Part shown: positions 13,982 to 26,720 of the stretch, piece by piece | Position numbering within the stretch: the stretch's first letter is position 1 | Layout: every line of letters begins with the position of its first letter | Origin: Octopus vulgaris | Lineage: Eukaryota | Reading direction: 5' to 3' | NCBI GenBank assembly: GCA_951406725.2 | Contig: OX597814.1 | Coordinates: 92,690,001-92,754,000 of the forward strand | Length of the DNA: 64,000 bases | Program-made: the position numbers and the translations under genes | The notes under the pieces: model-generated | Seen by the model: the letters and a program-made list of their open reading frames with translations, nothing else | What the model was told of the DNA's origin: nothing | Databases searched by the model: none

Positions 13982-14644
13982 GACAGCAATAATAATTCTC
14001 TAAATGAGATATAGACAGTGACTGCTCCATAATATAAGGGACATTAGCCAACTGAATATGGCTAGGGACAGGGCAGGGTGGTGGGGGTGTCACTGTTGCA
14101 TTTAGCCCCAGGCGAACATCAACGTCACCAGATAGGCCGACGCCATCACGGCGTCCTCTATCTTGCAAAGGGAGATCATTCCCCAAGAAGCGGATGCCAC
14201 ACACGGACCTAGGTTTCAAGGTGTATTGCCTATTATCAACGTGTGGTAGGCACCGCTTCTCGACGAACGACACACCGTGCAAGATATATATAAAGATTTT
14301 CAAGTAAATACATTTACTGATTTCGAAAATCTGTTCGACAGCAATAATAATTCTCTAAATGAGATATAGACAGTGACTGCTCCATTATCTTGCACGGTGT
14401 GTCGTTCGTCGAGAAGCGGTGCCTACCACACGTTGATAATAGGCAATACACCTTGAAACCTAGGTCCGTGTGTGGCATCCGCTTCTTGGGGAATGATCTC
14501 CCTTTGCAAGATAGAGGACGCCGTGATGGCGTCGGCCTATCTGGTGACGTTGATGTTCGCCTGGGGCTAAATGCAACAGTGACACCCCCACCACCCTGCC
14601 CTGTCCCTAGCCATATTCAGTTGGCTAATGTCCCTTATATTATT
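13982..14644. repeat. Insertion made of a 49-bp direct repeat plus a ~257-bp segment in both orientations, 12-bp TSD
   Basis: TSD AAGAATATCTTT (13970-13981, 14645-14656); direct repeat 13982-14030 and 14337-14385; inverted copies ~14030-14286 and 14386-14643. Confidence 0.9.
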
Positions 14645-15452
14645 AAGAATATCTTTATATTGCCGAAATAATCTCCACTCACTGTCTAGTTCATCAAGTG
14701 TGTTTTCTGGTGCAATTGCTGGAAAGTTTAATGCCAAGGGAATTATAGACTGAGGAGAGTTAGTGAGATCGCGTGCTACTTTTGGATCAAGTATTTCTAA
14801 GAGGGCAAACTACTCCAGCTTCATCGAGAGGAAAGCGCATTTCTATTTGAGAGCATAATTCTATTTTAAAATGTTTGCAATCAGTTTTGAATCTAGCTGA
14901 GTCACCAACGATGGGGTTTTGTTCGAGATATCTCATTGCGCATCCATCGAGGTAAATGTCACTCATATCTTTGTGGTTTGTTGTATTATTAAGATCAATA
15001 TCTGATCATTTAGATACAGCTAAACCATTCTCATTTATAAAGCAACTAAGGATATTTTTATATTCACTGGATATAAGTATATGCAACAGATGCTATCAAA
15101 AGTGTTCCGATTGAAACTCGACATCAAGAGCATTTACTTTTTTTAATATATAATGTAAGAGCAGCACGTGCTTCATCCCTTTGTTAATCATTATTTCATA
15201 GATCCTTTTTTGGTCTGTACACTTTTTCTACTTTAGCCACTGACTGAAAATAAAGTACAGGGGCATCCCACTATTCAATTATAACATTAATTACATTTTC
15301 ACGTGATAACCATCTAATTTGCAAAAGCTTTGGAATCTTGTTTTCTTTTGTGCCAACAATACTCTCTATCATATTGAAGTCATTTTGACGTTTGCTGCTT
15401 CAAGAAAAGCAAAAAGTTAAGTCCTTTAAAAAGGACTCGAGATACGAAGGTA

Positions 15453-17049
15453 CCGTAATCCGGGTTGAATAGGGACAATAACCGGGGGAAAATATTTTAG
15501 AACAATAAAGTTAAGATGACTCAAATTGTGCTCGTTTCTTTCTAATTATTTTGTAGGTATATATATACATGCCTTTCGAACAATGACATCACTTTGATAT
15601 TATCACCCTGCCGGTAGCCATGGCAGCCGGAATTCCCAGTTTCGTTTTTGTCACGAAAAGGTAAAGTTGTTGGAACTTTCTTTTGCAGGAGAGGTTGTAC
15701 CAGCGAGGGTACTCCGACCTGCTCAGTCTCTTGTAGTAGGTTTACAAACACACAGAGCACGTGTCTGATTTCCCGGAAAATCCATTGTTATCCTTACCAC
15801 CGCCTATTTCTGCTTTCACTCCTATTTTGGTGTTTTGTAGGGGTGAATAGGGACACCATAGTGCGACAGTACAAACCAGTTCATGGAAAGAAAAAATACG
15901 CCAAAATAGATCCTGAGCGGCTAGAGGCCGCCAAAAGAGCTGTCGCCAACGGAATGACAATCAGAAAAGCAGAAGAGGACTTCAAAATTCCTAAGAGTGT
16001 TCTTTATCGGCTCATCAAGCTGGGGAAAGTATCAAGAAACATGGTGGACAGACTGTTTTATCTTCAGGTGAGGAGGAAATTCTTGTACAAAGGCTCGTGC
16101 TGTGCGCCTCTTGGGGCTATCCGATGGACTCCTATGATTTGCGACTGATCGTGAAACGATACCTGGATCGTCGAGGTGTCGATGTGAAAAGATTCAAAGG
16201 GAATATGTCTGGTGTAGTCATTTCTCATGAGACATAAAGACAGTTTAAGAGAACAAATATGCAAAAATATCAAAGAGCACGAGCCACCGTCTCTCGACCT
16301 ACAATAAACTCGTATTTCAACGATTTAGCCGAGAGCTTAGATGGTATACCTGCAACAAATATTGTGAACTACGATGAAACAAACCTAACGGACGAACCGG
16401 GACGGAAAAAAAGTCATCACCAAAAAGAATTATGAACACCTCTAAAGCATCTACTTCTTTGATGTACGCCGCCGCGGCTGATGTTACTCTTCTTTCTCCT
16501 TACATTGTGCACAAGGCTGTTAACCTGTACGACACATGGACACTCGGTGGGCCAAAAGGTGCCCGATACAACAAAAGTAAGTCGGGATGGTTTGATCTCT
16601 AAAGTTTCAGCGACTGGTTTACAACCCATAGCTTTACCTTATCTGAAAAAAACTGGCAGGAAAAAAGTTTTGATTGGCGACAATCTAAGTTCACATTTGT
16701 CCTTAGAAGTGATAAAAGCCTGTGAGGAGAACGATATATCATTCATATTTTACTTGTAATACATGTAGTCTTTTTAATTCTGCCAATAATCTGTTCACTT
16801 CGTATCACTTTGTTTACCTGTAGTTTTTTTTACTCTCCCTATTCACCTCAATCGACGAGATGAATAGGGACAGTGTTTTGTTTTTTTTTTAAATGGGTGT
16901 GCCAACGAATTTGGATAAAGTTTCCATGCGCGTCGGTAGGTTACCAGTAGGGACATAAATCCCACTAAATTAATCGGTAAATGCTATTGCAGTTGCTTAG
17001 TGATATGCATTTGAACCTCAAAATTGTCCCTATTCACCCCGGATTACGG
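15453..17049 (+). mobile_element. pogo/Tigger-family DNA transposon, frameshifted
   Basis: TIRs CCGTAATCCGGGTTGAATAGGGACA / TGTCCCTATTCACCCCGGATTACGG, TA TSD; psq-type HTH (MTIRKAEEDFKIPKSVL), NYDETNL and GDNLSSHLS motifs; excision restores hAT reading HAVKVLPSYL. Confidence 0.93.
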
Positions 17050-18092
17050 TAACACCTTCACTGCATGACTTGAACAAAGTGCAAACGAATGGCAAGCACA
17101 GCCTATCGTAAACAGTCGGAATATCGTTTCTCAATAACTTTTGAAACCCGCTCTTGTTACCCATCATTGTTAAGCAATCATCGCTGACGAATCCAAGTAT
17201 GTTGCTCATAGATACATCTTTTGTAAGCGTAGTCTTGACAGCATCGTACAAACCCTGAGATGAACCATTTTCTTCTACAACTGCATCTAGAGAGCATCCT
17301 TGACATTAAGCGATTGTTCATAAAAAAAAGCGAACAACTATTGCTAAGATTTGTATCACTGAGATGTCCGTACTCTCATCTCTCAATAATGAAAACTTTT
17401 GTTTCTTGAGAATTTCCAAGATTTCGTTTTGTTCATAATGTGCAATTCCGTCTAGCATAACGTACGTTAATTTTTTATTTTTTTTTCGTTTGCAGATTTT
17501 TAGCTATTTCACTATCGGGAAAGGCCTTTTTAGAAATTTCAGCCAAGTGATTTATATGGGTGAAAGGCATGTGATGTTCAGCAAAATAACCTGTTAGTAG
17601 CAAGTCTGCCTTAGTTACTTTTTCATTTAATGTATCATCTGGGTTTTTTTTGGTTTTTTAAAATAAATGAATCTAATTTAATAGCAGATTCCGCACAATC
17701 AAAAGCTTTCTTTTGTTTGGCAGTGTTTTTATGAGCTAACAGCATTGATTTGTTAGCATTTTTCAACACAGCGTTGCAACAAAAGCAGTAGCAGGTGTCC
17801 GGATTTTTATCATCTTGCCTTAATCAGTATTCTCCGACCACGACTTCTTAAAATGTTGGGTGTACCACTTCCTCTTTTGGGACACACTATTGTCTGCCAT
17901 TACTTTACAAAGGGTTACAAAACAAAAACACACACTTAAAATGTTGTTAAACAAATTTTAAATCGCGAGTATCAATTGAAGCGTACATCATCAACACAGT
18001 CAAGCTGTCAACTGACGGTGTCAAGAGTTTCAGACAAGTATACAAGCAGCCACCGACGCGTTGTAACTTGTTGTCCGGTATAAACAAATAAC

Positions 18093-18325
18093 AAAGGCGG
18101 CGAGCTGGCAGAAACGTTAGCACGCCGGGCGAAATGCTAGGCGGTATTTCGTCTGCGTTACGTTGTGAGTTCAAATTCCGCCGAGGTCGACTTTGCCTTT
18201 CATCCTTTCGGGGTCGATTACTTTAAGTACCAGTTACGCACTGGGTCGATGTAATCGACTTAATACCTATGTCTTTCCTTGTTTATCCCCTCTGTGTTTA
18301 GCCCCTCGTGGGTAATAAAGAAATA
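18093..18325 (+). mobile_element. tRNA-related SINE, family A, single copy
   Basis: AAGGCGGCGAGCTGGCAGAA...GAGTTCAAATTCC (B-box-like)...GTAATAAAGAAATA; 16-bp TSD GGTATAAACAAATAAC. Confidence 0.9.
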
Positions 18326-19000
18326 GGTATAAACAAATAACGAACGCGTACGATCGGTAATTACGTCACGTACAATATTTGTATCGATAAATTACTTACG
18401 TGAGATGATTATGGATAATATACAGAAAGTTTACAAAGTATTAGTAGAGGTGCAGCTTTGGTACATATTGCATACAAAGAGTATGACACCGAATTCTCTT
18501 TAAAAGATAAGTTTGCAGCCAAAATTAACTTAAAAACCCAGATTTAATGTAAATTTGGAAATTGAAACCCATAAACCTACCATTGCTCCAGAATCCCCAG
18601 ATCTGGGTGGAAAACCCCATCAGTGGCATCCCTGTGTAAAATCCTTCTTCAGATTCACTGGAAACATATGGTTGTTGTTGTTGTTGCTTGCTTGCTGCTG
18701 TTGTTTAGCTTTGATCAAGCAGTCATGATCAAAAGCATAGGGAACCCAAGGCCACATTATTGAACATGTCCTGTTTTAAGATATGAGAAAGATTTAGCTG
18801 CTATCTCTAGCAAGCAAACTGACAATTGACCACATGGAGGCCTTCTCTCATATTCAGAGGTAACTAACAGTGGTCTTCATATACAAAATCCATTTATCTT
18901 TTAGTTGTTTCACTCATTGGACTGTGCCCATGCTGGAGCACTGCCTTGAAGAATTTTAGTTGAACAAATTGACCTCAGTATCTATCTCCTTTTTAACCCT

Positions 19001-19423
19001 TATTTCTTTATTGCCCACAAAGGGCTAAACATAGAGGGTACAAACAAGGACAGACAAAGGGATTAAGTCGATTACATCGACCCCCCCCCCCCAGTGGGTA
19101 ACTGGTACTTATTTAATCGACCCCAAAAGGATGAAAGGCTAAGTCAACCTCGGAGGAATTTGAACTCAGAATGTAACAACAGACGAAATACCTATTTCTT
19201 TACTACCCACAAGGGGCTAAACACAGAGGGGACAAACAAGGACAGACAAACGGATTAAGTCGATTATATCGAACTCAGTGTGTAACTGGTACTTATTTAA
19301 TCGACCCCGAAAGGATGAAAGACTAAGTCAACCTTGGTGGAATTTGAACTCAGAACATAACGGCAGACGAAATACCGCTAAGCATTTCGCCCGGCGTGTT
19401 AATGTTTCTGCCAGCTCGCCTTT
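19001..19423 (-). mobile_element. SINE family A dimer (one head, two bodies)
   Basis: Junction GAAATACCTATTTC at 19185-19198; flanking duplication CCTTTTTAACCCT. Confidence 0.88.
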
Positions 19424-20501
19424 CCTTTTTAACCCTTTAACATTAAAATCAACCATATCTGGCCAAAATATTCTACCTGTTTTATCTCCAGACTGGTCAG
19501 ATCTGGCCTCTCACACCTACCCCACAGTATCATTTTAAAAATAAACACTCACATTGTCAAAACTTCAAAGCTATGAAATAATGCATGATTAATTTAAAAC
19601 GATATGAAAGCATAACCCCAAAGGGTTAAACATTGGACTTGGTGCCTTGCCATATTTCTTCTTGCTCTTTGCATACTGTGTTCAAATCTTGTCAAGGCTT
19701 ACTTGGATGCTGAACTGAATCCATCACCCAGTTTAACACCGCCACTACCACTTCCTGATCCTTGGATAACTTTAGCAGGGTCTACCACTAGTGTAGCTAG
19801 AGTACGTGCTGCCCAGGGTGGCTCTTCTGTTTGCCACCCCTGGACCCCACAAAAATACACATACTGCATACAGGAGACCCAAAAGTGCTGCCCCTTTAAA
19901 CGTGCTGTCCAGAGTGGACCATCCCTTCCAATGCAATGCTAGTGGGATCTACTTTTTGGCAAGCATTTAAGCCAGGTTTCTGGTTTGAGAACATTTTTCT
20001 CTTTTCTTCCCACAAGTCTCAGAAGCCTTTTAAATGGTCATAAGTACAGTCTTCACTCCTCACTAAAACATTAAAAAAAGTGATTTCAGAATTAGGCACA
20101 AAGCCACGCATTTTTAAGAAAAGAAGAACGAAATTCTGTAATGTTCCTCAATAATATTTATTACCAACAAAAATTATGTGAAATAACTGAGCTCCTACAA
20201 AATGTAATGCTTTAAGCTCCACAATGTTAAGCAATTGAAAGATGAATCTTCCTTGAAATAAGATACCTGCCAGTCTGTTACAGGTGGCATTTTCCTTAAC
20301 ACCTACCATCTATTTATAATTGTTTGGTACACTGATGTAATATAGTATTATATACCATGGCCATGCATAGAGATACAATCAACAGAACCTCTATACAGTT
20401 ACATTTAACCTGCTAGAAATAGCAACCCAATACAAGAGACCTGAACTTGTTTCAACCTGATATTGAAACCAGTTTGGAGGCCCACACATACAGAGCATAC
20501 C

Positions 20502-21103
20502 TATTTCTTTACTACCCACAAGGGGCTAAACACAGAGGGGACAAACAAGGACAGACAAATGGATTAAGTCAATTATATCGAACCCAATGCATAACTGGAA
20601 CTTAATTTATCGACCCCGAAATGATGAAAGGCAAAGTCAACCTCGGCGGAATTTGAACTCAGAACGTAGCGGCAGACGAAATACCTATTTCTTTAGTACC
20701 CACAAGGGGCTAAACACAGAGGGGACAAACAAGCACCGACAAATGGATTAAGTCAATTATATCGACCCCAGTGTGTAACTGGTACTTAATTTATCGACCC
20801 CGAAAGGATGAAAGGCAAAGTCAACCTCGGCGGAATTTGAACTCAGAACGTAGCGGCAGACGAAATACCTATTTCTTTACTACCCACAAGGGGCTAAACA
20901 CAGAGGGGACAAACAAGCACCGACAAATGGATTAAGTCAATTATATCGACCCCAGTGTGTAACTGGTACTTAATTTATCGACCCCAAAAGGATGAAAGGC
21001 AAAGTCAACCTCGGCAGAATTTGAACTCAGAACGTAGTGGTAGACGAAATACTGCTAAGCATTTCATCCAGCGTGCTAACAATTCTGCCAGCTCGCCACC
21101 TTA
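20502..21103 (-). mobile_element. SINE family A trimer (one head, three 184-bp bodies)
   Basis: Junctions GAAATACCTATTTC at 20678-20691 and 20862-20875; TSD ATACAGAGCATACC (20488-20501, 21104-21117). Confidence 0.9.
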
Positions 21104-21586
21104 ATACAGAGCATACCATTAATCTATCACACACTAAAGATAAAGTGAAAATAAATAAATAAATATAACAGCTATAGAAATTATGTACATCTATAGTACA
21201 AAGGGAGGTAAAGAGATAGACATAAAAGGCTTTCTGCTTTTTTCATATATACATATTCTATTACCATTATCATGTAATGTCTGATGTTCCATGTTGGCAT
21301 AAGTAGGAGGATTATCAAATGTCATTTCACCTTTCACAGTACTTTGTTTGTTTCACCACCTTCTCCCTTACCACCCGTCTTGTATTCCCACCCTTTTTGT
21401 CTTCCTAGCCATCTTGCTGTTTTTGCACTTAATTTTAGTTCTTAAACTCATTTGTTTTATCCTGCAGCCACTCACAGATATACCTATTAGATTAACACAA
21501 AACCACTCAGGTGACAAATGAATTCCCTGTGCTTATTAATTAGCCAAGGATTTCCTCACATGTACCTATAGCATAATAGGTACATG

Positions 21587-21910
21587 AAGGCGCATGGCTT
21601 AGTGGTTAGGGGCATTCGGCTCACGATTATAAGGTCGTGAGTTCAATTCCCTACGACGCGTTGTGTCCTTGAGCAAGACACTTTATTTCACATTGCCCCA
21701 GTCCACTCAACTGGCAAAAATGAGTAGTACCTGTATTTCAAAGGGCCAGCTTTGTCACACACTGTGTCACACTGAATCTCCCCAAGAACTACATTAAGGG
21801 TACATGTGTTTGTGGAGTGCTCAGCCACTTGCACATTAATTTCATAAGCAAGCTCTTCCGTTGATCGTACCAGCTGGGACCCTCATCGTCGCAACCGACA
21901 GAGTGCTCCA
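21587..21910 (+). mobile_element. tRNA-derived SINE, family C (related copies ~30050-30340 +, ~37510-37730 -)
   Basis: A-box TGGCTTAGTGG, B-box GAGTTCAATTCC, then TGTGTCCTTGAGCAAGACACTT central domain. Confidence 0.8.
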
Positions 21911-22785
21911 TATAGCCTAATATGAAATGATAACCTTTGGGAGATTATCTTTTAAGGAAATTTTTACTATCTTTATTGGTTGTGTATTTTTTTTGTATTG
22001 TTTACTTCTTCATCAAGCTATCTTTTAAAATATTTTGTTATGATCATTTTCACATGAGTACAGTATTAATTGTTTAGATATTTGATACTAAAGATATATA
22101 ATGTGTGCAACATTATTTTTAGTACTTGCACTTTTGCTGAATGAAACTTCTTAGTATAAAAATATTCACTACTCACAATTTAGGCTGAAAGAAATTATAG
22201 AAGTTTCTAATTACCTTTCTCTCTGTCCCAGACACAGTGACCACCTCTGAACTGTATTTTATTATTGGAGATGACAATAAAAAATCTATTGAATTACACA
22301 TTATTCAGCATAATTCTGATCTTTCATGGCAATTTCTATTTCTAAAAGCTGGTCTGAAATACTAAGCCACTGTAACATAAATTTTAAATAGATAAAGGCC
22401 ATTGAACCACATTACTTATGCTTTAACAAGTATTATGTTACATAATAATGTCCTCACACAGAAAGACACTTAGCACAAGTGGGTTAAAATATTGATTATG
22501 TGAATTTGTCATGCTTGTACAACCAAAGCTGTGCTGAGAAAATCAACAAGCCAAGCAATTGAAAGCACATGACATAAAAATAATAGTAGTCAGTGTGAGT
22601 TTAATCTGTGCAGTGTCACATTTTGGCGGGATGTCATGGTTCATGTATCACTACAATTAATTCTTTAATATTTTATGTTTTTTGTGCATTGCCCTCAATC
22701 AAATATCTGTCAGATCAGGGTTATCTCTCTTTAGTATTCCCTACTGAGAAAGGTATGATAAGCCAGAAATGCAAGAGACAGTACC

Positions 22786-23018
22786 TATTTCTTTACTACC
22801 CACAAGGGGTTAAACACAGAAGGGATAAACAAGGACAGACAAACGGATTAAGTCGATTATATCGACCCCAGTGCATAACTGGTACTTAATTTATCAACCC
22901 CGAAAGAATGAAAGGCAAAGTTGACCTCGGCGGAATTTTAACTCAGCACGTAACGGCAGACGAAATACTGCTAAGCATTTCAGCTGGCGTGCTAACATTT
23001 CTGCCAGTTCGCCACCTT
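22786..23018 (-). mobile_element. SINE family A, single copy
   Basis: Full head and tail; TSD CAAGAGACAGTACC (22772-22785, 23019-23032). Confidence 0.9.
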
Positions 23019-24078
23019 CAAGAGACAGTACCACTGAGCTGATAATGGTGTATCTATTTTTCTACCACAAGCTAGAATTTTTCTCCACGGTAAACAGCAG
23101 TGAAATTGCCTTTCAAAATTGAAATATGTCACAAACTAAACTAATGGTTACACTTTGTTCTTGATTGCCTAAAATAACAAATTATACAGATAACTTGCAA
23201 AGCAAAGGGATTATACAATTACATGATAACAATGAATAATAAAACAGAAATGGTAAGTTCAGTCTCCCACTTTCCCAATGCATAGAGCCTTAGGAGCCAA
23301 GGCTCATGCACACAATCTGACTCAAAGCAATTCAGTGGTCAGCCACTCCCTAGTTTATAACTATCCAATCAGATTACTGAACCACTCTTACTATCTTATA
23401 CACTATAAATTAATATATATTATGTGTTTTATTATGAGAAATGAATAAAATATGCATGCATAAGTAAACTAAATAAAGAAGTGAATTTTTATAGATAGAA
23501 ACCTAACAAAATGTAGCTAATAATAACTGTAATAAATATCTCCATTAGAAGCTTTGAACATACTAAATCCCAGGGAACTGGGAAGTAAATCTATGCTATA
23601 CCCACTGCATGTCCCTACCCATCCTATCCTACCTCTGATATGAAAACATTTCTTCCATAGCTCGAAGTAAAATTATTTAGTGATTAGTCATGATTTGGTT
23701 CCTATCAATAGAGATTAATTAGTGAGCTATCTCTTATCATTTGAATCCAAAGTCATTTTCTGTTCAGACCCATTTTGTTTGTTTTTTTGCAATTCTTTCT
23801 CTTTTGAGAATTTTTATGGACTATCCTAAGATGTGATTGATACTGGATACTTGCTGCAAAGAGTATATAAATGCACAGAAATCATAGGATCTAAGTGGTT
23901 CCACCACCATTGCTGGACATTTCTTTTTGTCTGCTATTGATATTTTTTTGTCTCTTAGCAATATAAGAGGTTGTTTTGTGATGAATACCAGTACCACAGT
24001 ACTGAGGCTTTCTGGTAGCATATCCACATTAAGTAAGATATATAGATTGGTGTGTGTGTGTAGATAGATAGATATAAA

Positions 24079-24231
<153 letters not shown>

Positions 24232-24313
24232 CACACATTTATATACTAACACATATACATATATTTACATACACATTTATATATACTATATTTATCTGTC
24301 TATTTAGCTATAT

Positions 24314-24314
<1 letters not shown>

Positions 24315-24346
<32 letters not shown>

Positions 24347-26720
24347 GTTTAACGTCCGCTTTCCATGCTAGCATGGGTTGGACGGTTCGACTGATGACTG
24401 GCAAACTAGATGGCTGCGCCAGGCTCCAATCTGATCTGACAGAGTTTCTACAGCTGGATGCCCTTCCTAATGCCAACCACTCTGAGAGTGTACTGGGTGC
24501 TTTTACATGCCACCGGCATGAGGGCCAGTCAGGTGGTACTGGCAACGGCCATGCTCAAATGGTGTTTTTTACGTGCCACCTGCACAGGAGCCAGTCAAGT
24601 GGCACTGGTAACCACCTTGCTCGAATGTTTTTTCACATGCCACCGGCACAAGTGCCAGTAAGGTGATGCTGGTAATAATCATGCTCAAATAGTGCTTTTT
24701 ACATGCCACCGGCATGGAAGTCAGTTAGCTGCTCTGGCAACGATCATGCTCGGATGGTGCTCTTAGCGCTCCACTAGCACTGATGCCAGTCATTGAATTT
24801 GATTTTGATTTCACTTGCATCAACAGGTCTTCACAAGCAGAATTTAGTATCCAATGAAGGAAAGGTACGCATAAGTGGGCTGGTTACACACCTGTCATAG
24901 GCCACGAGGTTATGGTCTCATTTGGCTTGCCAAGTCTTCTCAAGCACAGCATATTTCCAAAGGTCTCAGTCACTAGTCATTGCCTCAGTGAGGCCTAATG
25001 TTTGAAGGTCATGCTTCACCACTTCATCCCAAGTCTTCCTGGGTCTACTTCTTCCACAGGTTCCCTCAACCACTAGGGTTTGGCACTTTTTCACACAGCT
25101 ATCTTCATCCATTCTCACCACATGACCATACCAGTGCAGTTGTCTCTCTTGCACACCACATCTGATGCTTCTTAGGTCCAACTTTTCTCTCAAGGTACTT
25201 ACACTCTGTCTAGTATGCACACTGACATTACACATCCATCAGAGCATACTGGCTCCATTCCTTGCAAGCTTATGCATGTCCTCAGCAGTCATGGCCCATG
25301 TTTCCCTGCCATGTAGCATGGCTGTTCGTACACATGCGTCATACAGTCTATCTTTTACTCTGAGCAAGAGGCCCTTTGTCACCAGCAGAGGTAGGAGCTC
25401 TCTGCACTTTGCCCAGGCTATTCTTATTCTAGCAGCTACACTTTCAGAGCATCCACCCCAGCTATTGACTTGGTCACCTAGGTAATGGAAGCTGTCAACT
25501 ACTTCTAGTTTTTCACCTTGGAATGTGACAGAAGTTGTTCTCTGCACATTTCCAGTGTTTATTGCTCCTGAGTTAGCCTTCCTTTGATATTTCTGCACCT
25601 CTTACGTGTTCATAGCTTACACTGGGTACATCTTAAATAGTTTCTACCTACACCTTTTCTACAGATCGAGCAGGGCTATCTACCTGAAGGGATTTGTGGT
25701 TTGTCTGCCTTCCTACTGATTAAGACTTTGGTTTTACCTAGGTTGACTCTAAGGCTCTTTGATTCTAATCCTTGCTTCCACACCTGAAACTTCTCCTCTA
25801 GTTCTGATAGTGACTCAGCAATAAGACCAAGGCCATCAGCATAGAGGAGCTCCCAGGGGCATCCTGTCTTAAATTCCTCTGTTATTGTCTAGAGGACTAT
25901 AATAAATAGGTAAGGGCTGAGGACTGAACCTTGGTGGACCCTTACCTCTACCTGGAATTCTTTACTCGTTGCCAACCCTCACCTTACTGGCAGCGTCCCT
26001 GTACATGGCTTGCACAGCTCTCACTAACCATTCATCTATCCCTAGTTCCCTCATTGACCACCAGATAAGGGGTCAGAGGACCCTGTCGAAGGCTTTCTCC
26101 ATGTCAATGAAAGCCAGGTATTTCTACTGCAGTTGTCTTACCAGAAATATAGCATCAGTGGTGCTTTTCCCTGGCACAAACCCAAACTGCATCTCATCCA
26201 GACTGACCCTCTCCCTAATTAGTTGGGTTATAACCCTCTCCGTGACTTTCATTACCTGATCCAACAATTTGATACCTCTGTAATTATTTGTATCTAATGC
26301 GTCACCTTTACCTTTGTAGCAGTTGACTATGGTGCTGCTACACCAGTCATTGGGTATGACTCCTTCATGTATCACCTGATTGACTATAAGGGTGACTAGA
26401 CTATAGCCTACTCCACCAGATATTTCAAGCATCTCTGCGATGATTCCTGATGGGCCGGATGCTTTCTCTGTCTTCATGCCCTTAATTGTTTTATCTACCA
26501 AGGTACTGTCAATTCGGATAACTGGTCCCTCTCTTGGGTCGACTTTTGGCAGACTCTCTTTCTCCCATTCATTCTCTTCATTTAGCAACCTTCCATAGTG
26601 GTGTCTCCAAGTCTCTCTGCAACCTCATTTAATGCAAGTGAACCATCATCTATGCGAACACATTTCTCTCCCATGACATCACAATTCTCTCTCACACACT
26701 GTCTCGCAGCACTAAATACT
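24315..26720 (-). mobile_element. 5'-truncated decayed RTE-clade LINE with (GAT)n tail
   Basis: RT motifs NYRGIKLL, QFGFVPGKSTTDAIF, ELLYADG; C-terminal WYGHVVRM..RPRKTW; GC-rich tandem subrepeats in the 3' UTR. Confidence 0.92.

Larger units (their letters stand above)
13362..18634 (-). mobile_element. hAT DNA transposon, decayed, hosting nested insertions
   Basis: TIRs CAGGGTTGCCA / TGGCATCCCTG; 8-bp TSD TGTAAAAT (13354-13361, 18635-18642); minus-strand transposase remnants: BED-like CYCFCC..H, SDDCLTMMG, CLCHSFALC, RW, and dimerisation motif LPHSSACVERIFSQVN. Confidence 0.93.

Noticed and set aside
13947-14671. Two ORFs with the same peptide on opposite strands
   Set aside because: By-product of the inverted duplication of a GC-rich cassette; no protein motif.
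19001-21103. Regularly spaced repeats resembling a CRISPR array
   Set aside because: Whole ~184-bp units repeat with no unique spacers; they are SINE multimers in eukaryotic DNA.
21587-21660. tRNA gene
   Set aside because: A and B boxes present but it runs into a SINE body and I could not form a full cloverleaf.
23821-24027. Minus-strand 68-aa ORF as a host exon
   Set aside because: No consistent splice pair or recognisable family.
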